64,000 nt of DNA from NCBI RefSeq assembly GCF_035084215.1, contig NC_090340.1:15376001-15440000 (forward strand). The letters are read 5' to 3'. This DNA is from Heptranchias perlo. Lineage: Eukaryota. This document shows, in pieces, positions 38,915 to 50,100 of the stretch; positions within the stretch are counted from its first letter, which is position 1, and the number at the start of each line of letters is the position of its first letter. Below the pieces are notes generated by a model. The model made no database searches. It was not told the DNA's origin and saw only the letters and a list, made by a program, of their open reading frames with translations. A program made the position numbers and the translations under genes.

Positions 38915-41900
38915 ACATAGAATGTACAGCCCACCAGGCCCATGCGATTGTTTATGCTCAACACGAGCCTCCTCCCACACTTCTTCAACTAATCCCATCA
39001 ACATATCCTTCTATTCCTTTTTCCCTCATGTGTTTATCCAGCATCCCCTTAAATGCATCCATGCTAGTCGCCTCAACTATTCCTTGTGGTGGTCAGTTGC
39101 ACATTCTAACCATTCTCTGGGTAATGAAATTTCTCCTGAATTCCCTTTGTAGTTTTCAGTGACTATCTTATTCTAATGGCCCCTAAATTCGGTCTGCCCT
39201 GCAAGTGGAAACATTGTTTTAATGTCTACCCTATCAAACCATTCCATAATCTTAAAGACATCTTTCAGGTCAACCCTCAGTCTTCTCTTTTCTAGAAAAA
39301 AGTGCACCAGTCTGTTCAATCTTTCCTGATAGGTATAACCTCTCAGTTCTGATATCATCCTAGCAAATCTTTTTTGCACCTTCTACAGTGCTGCTACATC
39401 CTTTTTATAACATGGAGACCAGAACTGTTCACAATCCTCCAAGTGTGGTCTAATCAAGGTTCTATACAAGTTTAACATAACTTCCCTGCTTTTCAATTCT
39501 ATTCCTCTAGAAATTAAATCTGGCACTTTGTTCACTTTTTTTGGCGTTGCTAACCTGCTTCGCTACTTTTAGTGATTTGTGTACCTGTACCCCCAGTTGC
39601 CGCTGCTCCTGTGTCCCACTTAGACTTATTTTCCAAGGAGCATGTAGCCTCCCTATTCTTCCTACCAAAATGTACAATCTCACACTTACCTATATTGAAA
39701 TTCATTTGGCAATTACACACCGATTCTGCAAGTTTATTAATATCTTCATGCATTTTGTCACAGTCCTCCTCAATATTAACTCCCATTTTGATGCCATCTG
39801 CAAATTTTGAAATCGTACTGCCGAATTTTGAGTCCAAGTCATTTATGTAAATGGTGAACAACAGTGATCCCAGCACTGATCCTTATGGAACACCACTTCC
39901 CACTTTTTGCCAGTCTGAATAACTACCTTTAAACCCTACACTCTGTTTTCTGTTTTGTAGCCAGCTCGCTATCCATTCGGCAACTTGTCCCCGACTCTAC
40001 ATATTCTGATCTTAGTCATGAATCTACAATGCGGTACCTTATCAAAGGTCTTTTAAAAATCCAAATATATTACGTTTACTAAATTACCCTGGATAACTGT
40101 TTCTGTTACTTCTTCAAAGAATTCAATAATATTGATTAAGCATGACCTTCCCTTTTGAAATCCCGTGCTGAGTATTCTTTGTTATATTTTCAGTTTTTGG
40201 ATTTTTTTTCTATAGCATCTTTGAGTAAGGATTCCATTATCTTTCCTACCACTGATGTTACGCTAACTGGCCTATAGTTCCCTGGACTTATTCTATCTCC
40301 CTTTTTAAATATCGGAATCATGTTAGCTGTCCACCAGTCTTCTGGCATTATTCCCTTTTCTAATAATTTTTTATATATATGTAATAGTGCCTCCGCTATC
40401 TCTTCCTTAACTTCGTTTAACATGCACAGATGCATATCCGGGGTTTAACCACGGGATAAACCAGGGGTTTAACCTATCTAAACTTGACTAGTTTATCAAT
40501 TATCTCCCCCTTTCTATCTTAAATGTCTTTACATCTGTTTTGATCTCTTCGTCTAATATCATGCCCATCATGCTAGTCTCCCTGGTAAATACTGAGGCAA
40601 AGTAATTATTTAATATTTGTGCTATTATGTTGTCATTATGTGAGTTTATCGTGTGTATCCCTTAGTGGTCCTCCCCTATCATGATTTTCTTTCTTTATTT
40701 ATGTGTCTGTAGAATACTTTACTATTTCTTTTTATGTTCCTTGATAATTTGATTTCCTAGTTTCTCTTTGCCTTCCTAATTGTGTTTTTAACTTCTTACA
40801 TAACCCTTTCTTATTCCCTTTTGTCATCCTCTCCTTTGTTGTCTATGTACTTAGTGTATGCCTTTCCCTTTAGTTTCAATTTGGCACTTATTTCTTGATT
40901 CATCCATGAGGTGTTATTATTGGCTAGTTTGTTCCAGCTTTTTAGTTGGATATATTTCTCCTGGACTCTATTGATCCCCGTTTTTAATGTTTCCCACTGC
41001 TGTTCTATTTCTTTATTTGTCAGTAACATTTTCGAGTTTATTTTCCCTAGTTCCATTCTCATCCCATTTAAAATTAGCTTTTTTCCAATTCATTGCTTTG
41101 GTCTTTGTCTTACTTATGTCCTTCTCAATCTTTATCTTAAAACTTATTATGTTGTGATCACTATTGCCTAGATGTTCCCCTATGTTTACTTCTCTTATCT
41201 GTTCTGGTTCACTTCCCATTATTGGATCCAACAGTGCTTTGTCTCTTGTTGTAAGAAAGAAGTCCGGCACACACTGTAAAAACTCTATTCCCTGCACCCC
41301 TTTACCTACCTCTTCTTGCCAGTTTATTTGGGGGTAGTCAAAATCTGTCATGAATATTATTCTATGTCCTTTACTCATTTCACATATTTACTAACATGTT
41401 TCTTCCTCCACCTCCTTTCCACTATTAGGTGGTCTGTAGTATATCCATATTAGCACGATCGATCCCTTCTCATTGTTTATTTCAATCCATATGGATTCTG
41501 TTTTTATCCTTCTCTCATTTATGTCCCATTTCTTTAACTGCCATTATGTTACATCTAATCAGTGCAGCTACTCCATCCACCTTTCTCCCTTCCCTTTCCT
41601 TTCTGAAGATGTTATAACCTGTAATATTTAGTTGCCAGTCCTGTTCTTTGTGTGGCCATGTTTTAGTTATTCTTACTACACCTTGGTTCCTCACAACGGA
41701 TTATAGCCTCCAATTCCCCCTTTATCTTGGACGCTGTGTACATTGCTGTATTTTACTTTATTTTTAACAGTCCTTTTATACTTCAATTTTATAACTGTAT
41801 TTATTCCTTGACCGTTTATGTTATCTTTATTCCGTACCCTGGTCTGACCTTTACACTCATCTCCTATTTCTTTTATCGTTAGACTTTCGTTATTGCTACC

Positions 41901-42620
41901 AGATCCCACCCCCATCTTGCTAATTTAAAGCCTTAACCACCGCCCTATTTATCATTTCTACTGGCCCTCTGATCCCACTCCAGTTCAGCGGTACAGCTCC
42001 TTCCTGTCCCAGTACTGCTGCCAGTGTCCCATGAAATGGAACCCCCATTCCCACACCGCTCATTCAGCCACACTTTTACCTTTCTGATCTGCCTATCCAT
42101 ATGCCAATTAGTACATGGCTCAGGTAGCAATCCTGAGATTACTACCCGTGAGGTCCTGCTTTTTAATTTATTTCCTAGCTTCTGCTATTCCCTTGGCAGT
42201 ACCTCATCCTTGCTCTTCCTTGTGTCATTGGTGACGACATGGACCACGATGACTGATCCTCCCTCTCCCTTTCCATGTTCCTTCCAATTGCTCGAAGATG
42301 TGCTTTACCTTTGCACCAGTTAGGCAACACACCCTCCTGGACTCTCGTTCGTGACTGCAGAGCAAGTCATCTATTCTCCCCTTTATAGAATCCCCTTTGA
42401 ATACAACCTTTCTGTTCTGCTCCACCCCGCCCCCACTACCGTCTTCTTGCACTGCCTCATGCTCTACAGTGCCATGGTTAGCATTCTGTGCAGCCTCCCT
42501 GCAGCCTTAATCCTGATCCTCACAGGTATCAAGTACCTCGCAGATAGGACTCGTTTCTCTGACACCTCTGAAGTGTGACTACTCTGGAGAAAATTCTTTA
42601 GATAGTCGTCCCCCTCCCTT
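38915..42620 (-). mobile_element. Degenerate near full-length CR1 (ORF1 esterase + ORF2)
   Basis: FKGDSIKGRID (ORF1), GEHLGNSDH, NYRPVSVT and KFADG; sister copy of 24650-29170. Confidence 0.85.
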
Positions 42621-42834
42621 ACGTGTCAGAGTGTGTCTAACTCGCAGTCCAGCCAGAGGTATAAAGATTGTAGAAACTTTGGATTTTCAGCGTGGGAAAG
42701 GCGCCTGAGGGATGATCTTACAGAGATGTATAAGATAGTTAATGATTTGACAACGGTAGATCAGGAAAATTGCTTTAAATTAAATTGCAGGTTTGATCAA
42801 ATGGCCACAGGTAAACTTGAAACTGATATCATAC

Positions 42835-43420
42835 TATCATAGTAGATGCAGCACATGAGGAGGCCATTCGGCCCATCGTGCCTGTAAACGTTCTTTGAAA
42901 GAGCTATACAATTAGTCCCATTCCCCTGCTCTTTCCCCATAGCCCTGTAAATGTTTTCCCTTAAAGTATTTATTTAATTCCATTTTGAAAGTTACTTTTG
43001 AATCTGCTTCCACCACCCTTTCATGTCGTGCATTCCGGATCATTACAACTCGCTGCGTAAAATAATGTTTCCTCATGTCGCCTCTAGCTTTTATGCCGAT
43101 CACCTTGACCCTGTGTCCTCTGGTTACCCACCCTTCTTCCACTGAAAACAATTTCTGCTTATTTACTCTTTCCAAAACCGTTCATGGTTTTGAACACCTC
43201 TAACAAATCTCCCCTTACCCTTCTCTGTTCTAAAGAGAACAATCCCAGCTTCTCCAACCTCTCCACACAACTGAAGTCCCTCATCCCTGGCACCATTCTA
43301 CTAAATCTCTTCTGCACCCTCTCTCAGGCCTTGACATCCTTCCTAAAGTGTGGTGCCCAGAATTGAACACAATACTGCAGCTGAGGAATAATCAGCGTTT
43401 TATAGAAGTTTAGCATAACA
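42835..43420 (-). mobile_element. CR1 3' fragment
   Basis: TRGHRVKVIG..FTQRVV ORF2 C-terminus. Confidence 0.8.
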
Positions 43421-44156
43421 GATGATGACACCATCACAAAAATAGTGGCCAATTCTTACAATGAACATCCGATAGCGTAGTGGAAATGAAATCTCCTTGG
43501 AATCACGTAAGGACCAACTGGATGCCGCAATGAGGTGAATATCGGGTCTTTCAGGGATGGAAAGGCCTTTTTCGTCCGTCGTTACCTTGCGAACATCTGT
43601 TATGAAGACAGAATCGCCAGGTACCTATCATGGTCAAGCGCATTGCGAGTGTATCACAGAAAATGGGCCTCCAACACATCTTGTATTTATAATTCAATCA
43701 ACGGAACTTACTCTTTAAGTCACTGCTATCGACAGTGTGTAAATCTAAGACATATGAAAGGTTCACACACTCAAAACAACTTGACACGTATTCCAAAGTA
43801 TGTCAGCTGGTAATATTCATCCATCAAGAAACGTATCATCCCGCAGAAAGTATTAACATGAAGATTCAGCTGCAACCCTCTCCCCCTGCTTATTACTTAT
43901 ACGTCTGTTTGACAGCATTTACGTAGAATGCATTAAGCTCATCTTATATACAACATCCAACTAGCAGTTATCTTTATATAATCTAATGTTACAGGAAGAT
44001 TGTGCAGCGAAATACAACGGAAACTGTATGCAAACGAGTGTTCCATGAACCCCTGATCCGTCTGGATTGCGGCTCCATCATCTCGTTCCCTGCGTCCGTC
44101 CGTTTCTGTTTTTCTTTCCCAGCTGGATCTGGACATACCTTACTCTTTCCCAAAGG

Positions 44157-47100
44157 CTAATGATAGGCTCTCGAGGAATTATGAGCAGCAGAGACAGAGA
44201 TTGTCAACCGTCCTTTACCTGAAAATTAAAAATAAAATTCAGAACTGTATTTTTTAATAATGTAACTACTTTGATAATTTAGTCTATTTTTCATCCACAT
44301 GCGATGCCCATCTGTGCATGTCAGCATCAATATCATTAGGCTCATAGGCACACTCACCACTGTACCAATATCATTAGACTCAGATACACATTCACCACTG
44401 TATCAATATCATTAAACTCAGAGGCACATTCACCAATGTATCAATATCATTAAATTCACAGACATATTCACCACTGTATCAATATTATTAGACTCATAGG
44501 CACACTCACCACTGTACCAATATCATTAGACTCAGAGACACATTCACCACTGTATCAATATCATTAAACTCAGAGGAACACTCACCACTGTATCAATATC
44601 ATTAAATTCACAGACATATTCACCACTGTATCAATATCATTAGACTCACAGGCACACCACTGCACCAATATTATTAGATTCATAGACACACTCAAAAGCA
44701 TCAATATTATTAGACTCACAGACACTCATCACTGTATCAATATCATTAGAATCACAGCCACACTCCCACTGCATCAATAGCAAACTATTATTACATTAGA
44801 GGAACGTTCTTCAATTATATCCTCTCATTGTAATTCGACAATAATTATAAAAGTAATCTTACACTAAATCAGTGTTGGACTAAGACAAACTTTCCCCAGT
44901 GCTAAACAAATATGCCAACATCTCAGGATGTCAAAAATATTAAGATGCAAAACTTACATTTCTGTTTTAACGTTCATTCGTCGGTACTCTATTACTCGTG
45001 ATTATTGTGTATGTGTAATTGTGTACTTTATCTTCTTTATATTAGGAGGCAACCGATGACCTAAATCATAACCGATGTCGCATTGGTGGGTTTTCACTGC
45101 GCCCAGTGTGGAGTGACATTGAAACAAAGATACCGCTCTTAGATATAAGAATATCTGAGTGAAACTCTTCAGTCTGCACTCACTTCAAATCTAATGCTCC
45201 CTTGCACACATATAATAATTACATTTTCTCACTGAATTAAGATACAACTTAAGGAACCCATACACATTAGAAGACGCCCGCTCGGATTGCCAGTCTCTGT
45301 TGTGTTATATGGGGGGTAATTTTAACCCCCAAGAACGGGTGGGTTGGGTGTGGGTGGGAAGTTAAAAATAGTTGGTATTTTTTGGGCCGCGATCGCAAAT
45401 TTTCTGACTTTGCATTCCCAGTGGGAAGCCTATACTTTTATGCGCCCACGTTAAACCCGGAAGTGGAGCCGGGTTGCGGTCACGACCCAAAAATCAACTA
45501 TTTTCAACTCCCACGCGCCCCCAACCCACCCGTTCTTGGGGGTTAAAATTACCCCCCATGGTCTCAGTTCTAGTCGCAGTTGAAACGCTAAATCTGGCCT
45601 GGGCGTTCAGGGAGAGGAAGAGGGCAATTAGCATGAATTCCTGCTTCTGATCGTTATCTCGAAGCCGCTGCGGCAACATTCCAGTCTGATGAGGACTGAA
45701 TTGGGCTGGACCATGAGATGCCCGTCCACATTAATTCTCTAGACCCACACGTGAACATTGGCACGTTGGGGGAAGGTATGGAGGGCTGTGAAGGCTGTGG
45801 ACATCCCTTGAGAAGGGAACAAAAGAGGAGAAACTCGCAAAGTAATCACACTAAAGCAGCTCACTCTGAAAGGCATGTATAGCGGATTAAAGAACAGTCG
45901 GAGGACACTGACCCCGCAGTTGTTACAGATGTTAATGCAATATTAACAAAATCACTCGGAAAATGGCGCCTGCGATAGGAATCCTTCAACCCTACATATA
46001 AACCTTGGAAGATACAAGGCAGAAGTTGCATTTGTATCGCACCTTTTACGACAACAGGACGTTCCAACGAGCTTCAAAACCATTGAAGTACCTTTCAAGT
46101 GTAGCCATTAATGTAATGTTGGGAAAAGCAGCAGCAAATTTGTGCATAGCAAGGTCCCACAAAGAGCAATGAGATAAATGACCAAATATTCGGTTTTAGT
46201 GAAGTGGATGGAGGGATAAAAATTGGCCAAGACACCGGGGAAACTCCCCTGCTCCTCTTCGAAATAGCGTCATGGGATCTTTTATGTCCACCCGAGAGGG
46301 CAGACGGGCCGCGGTTTAAGGTCTTGTCGGAAAGTCGGTGCCTCTGACAGAGCAGCACTCCCTCAGTACTGCGCTGAAATATTAGCCTAGATTTGTGCTC
46401 AAGTCTCTGGAGTGAGAACTTGAACGCACAACTTTCTGACACAGAGCGAGGAGCTACCACAAGGATCAAAACTGCATCCGATGTTCAGCGTTCACTATTT
46501 GAATCATCCTATAACAAACTGAGCTAAATATGAAAATTATTGTGCTAAAGGTATCGGTTTTCCATGTTGTCTGCAATTTGGTACCAAAGCGTTTTAATCA
46601 GCAATTTTAAATTACATAAGAAACAGCTGACTAAAGCACATTTCCATCTCCATACCGCCAATTTTATCTGTGTATATGCTTTCAAGGTGATTTCCCGAAT
46701 TAATAAAGCATTCTCTTACCTTCAATGGAAGATATTTTTACGTGGTCCACAATAATACCCGTCAGTGCAAGAATTACCAAAAAAGCCAGGAGAAGCCGAA
46801 CAATCATGATGAGCGAGATGCTTAAACTGTGACCTACGGTGTTGGATTAGAATCAAGATTTTAAAAAACTATTGGATATAAGTATTATTGAATGGAAGCA
46901 ACAATGATTAGTTTATACGGAGGAATTGGGTCCATTAAATGCCTAGTTTAAACCGCACTCCATGGGGGTCGATTTGAACTTGCCTAAATTGGCGTTAACC
47001 ACCTCAAAATAGGCTCGGTAGATTTACCACCTTGTTAACGCCAAGCATGGCGCCTTCCACTTTAAGGGCTGGCCTATTGTTGGGGACAAGCACCTGTTTG

Positions 47101-50100
47101 TTTCAGGCAGTCGGCTCCCGTTCATATCCAAATCGGGGTTCTATGATGTACACATGACCCCGATTGTCATTTTAGGATAGAACTGGTGCGCCCTGCACTA
47201 TCTGGCCATTTTACTAGCGATTGTAGATTAAGAGGCCCTGACCAGACAAGTTTTAAATTATTTTTGTGTGGCCAGGAAGAGCAGGACTGCCCCTCTGGGC
47301 CCCACACAACATAATCTGGGCCACTATAACCCTCGCTCCACCTTCCGCGATCGTAACACCCCGATTTAGCATGCTGCCTACTGACAGGTCTGGGCCGCCC
47401 TGCGCGCTGCATCAACGTCAAGAATCCTGATTTTCCCTAAAGTAGCCTGGGGTTGACTCCCCTCATGGGGGTCTGGTTCTCAACGGCACAGGGGAAAAGT
47501 GCCAAATTTTCTCCTTCTGAACTGCCATTTCGATGACTCCTTAATTTTACTCTAAGATCTGCAGGGAGAGAAACTGTTCCGAGCCCATGACCATAATGAT
47601 AGCTAGAATTGATTTAGAAGCAATGCGTCATGCCTCACCAATCTACAAGCACCTGAGGCGAGAAGTGGCAAAGTGGATGAAGGCCACCCAGGTGGTAGTT
47701 TACTTATAATTTTGAAAGATACGTGAGAAAGGTCTGCATGTGAGGCATCTGAAGGAAATTCAGGCTCATGAAATTCCGGTAGAATTGGAAAGTGATAAAT
47801 GGACAAATCGTTTCGTTCCCTGTCTGGGGAGCAGTAGAGTTCTACTGGTCCATTCTAGGTTCTGTGCTTTGAAGTCGATTAATGAAAAATATTGACGTGT
47901 CACTTCTAGTAATACTCCTAGATGTGTTGATGGTGTCAATGTATGGATAGGTGAGAAGTTGGTTAATAATATTCAAATAAATCTGGGCCCTCGAAAGATG
48001 TTGGCGGCAGTTTTACGCACAATCTGTTCCAATCTTACCTTTAACGGTGTAGCTGACACCGGCGGGCACCACAAGAGAGACATGAGATACCAAACAGGTA
48101 TAAACAACCCCGCTGCGGGCAGGCTGTACTTCTTCCAAAAAACTGGAAACCTCGTATAGTCCTTTGGCGGTCCTGTTTTTCACAGTTTCTATTCCAGTCA
48201 GAATTTCGACACCATCTCTTCGCCAGGAGATTCCTAAATGCTCCGGGTAAAAGGCAGCCGTTTTACACTCGAGTTTCAGAGAAGCCGGTAAAATCCCTTC
48301 AATAGGAGCGATTTCCAGGGGGGTTGGGGAAACTTTAACAGAAAAGAGTTGTTCCTATTAATCCCTGTGTATTTATTACTGTATAATTTGTAACTGTAAC
48401 ATCGCAATCTTACCTGAAACTATAAATGCATGGGTGCAGATTTATTATTTTCTATCACAGTTCGTACATGATTATTACAGTCGAATAGCCAAATTTCACC
48501 AGGCGCGTTCACGGGCACGAAACCATGGGAAAGTGAATTTTCTACCGCCGTTGGTTATTAGTTTTTAGGTAGAGTCCATATCTCTGAGCAAGTGTTTGCA
48601 ATTTCGTAAATAGTCGTCCTGTACATTAAGACACCACGGCGCATGTGGAAGGTCGGTTTGGAATCTCAAGGCTGCATTGTTATGAAAAACCGTTTGCTCT
48701 GTCTGGGTGAGATTCTCCGACACTGGCCCAGTGAGATAACACACTGTACTCAGGATTTGGGGAACTCATGAAAATTATTTCTGCAGGGCAGAGGCTGACA
48801 CCCTACCACACTACATTCTTTTTCCGAAATAAAATCCAGAATCTTACATTTTTAAAAACCTGGAGAGAAATTAAAGCATTTCGATTTTGAGGGGGCAATT
48901 GATCAATTTTTAATCATTATTTTAAGCATTTGATATTGAGCCACTAACATTTTAACAATGAAAACATGAGCTGACATCCATCCCAGCAATTAAATCATCA
49001 ATACCATAGCATATTATAAAAATATTATGATTGACCCGTGCAATACCCTTTATTCCACATCATTGATCAGTCGTGCTCCTTGAAAACACCACAGAAGTTA
49101 TATCCTGGATAACTAAACGGAAGAAAATCTATCTCTTATGTCTCTATTCCATGGGCCCTCCTAATTCCTTGCAATATCTTATGGCAAAGTTCTACCTTTC
49201 CTACATTACAAAATGCAGATCCTATTCGCCCAGTGAACATATGTAGATAATTACTTCGAGAGCAAGTCAAGACAATTTGGGCGACAAATTCGTCCTGGGT
49301 CCACAGTTCACAGCGGGCGACAGCGAATTTGCAGCCCGTTTTTCACTCAGCTTGATTGACCTCAATGGAGAAGAAAACCGGGCGGAATGTAAAACGGACT
49401 GCCGATTACTTATCGCCTGTAATGCGCTACCGCGCAAGTCAGATTTATACCCCAATACCACTTTGCTGTGAACAATGTCAATGGAATTCTTCTAGGTAAA
49501 CACTGTGAATATTTCACCTCTAGCATTAATCCCAAAAAACATATTTTAGGATCCTCACCAATACTTAGACCCCCCCGCTTAGGCTAAGGCATCAAGCACA
49601 GGCCCCCAGAATGGTGAGATCTTTGGGCACTATCTCAAGATCTGAAGAAGTGTGCTGTGTTCTGAGTCAGAGCTTAAACAACTACCTTCTGATGATTAGT
49701 CCAACATAGCCGTTCGATGCGAGGTATAACAGAGAAGATACTTCAGCAGAGTCAACCTTACCTCCAAACTGTTGGATGCTTTAGACCATTTTTGAGCAGT
49801 TAACGTCAGTTAATTCAACCCCAAGATCGTGTTCCAGAGCTTTGGGGTTCTGTAAATTACGCTGTTCCCTTCTCTATGGAAACAATTTGAATTTTGCCTC
49901 CTTTAGTTAGTAGAGAATTATGTTTACTAACTCTCCAAGTGTTTAATCAGAAAAAATCCCCGTGACCCAAGCTTATGTCATCTTTCCAGTTGGTGAGCCT
50001 GAGCCCATTGGAAGAACACCCTCACTGGGTTTTCTCTCTTTTGGCTGAAGCATGGCTTATAAACTGCCCTCACATTACTGTGAGGGTTTCATCCGGCAAG

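Noticed and set aside
44326-44780. CRISPR-like array or RSS array (CACTGT motif)
   Set aside because: Contiguous tandem units with no unique spacers and no nonamer; eukaryotic context.
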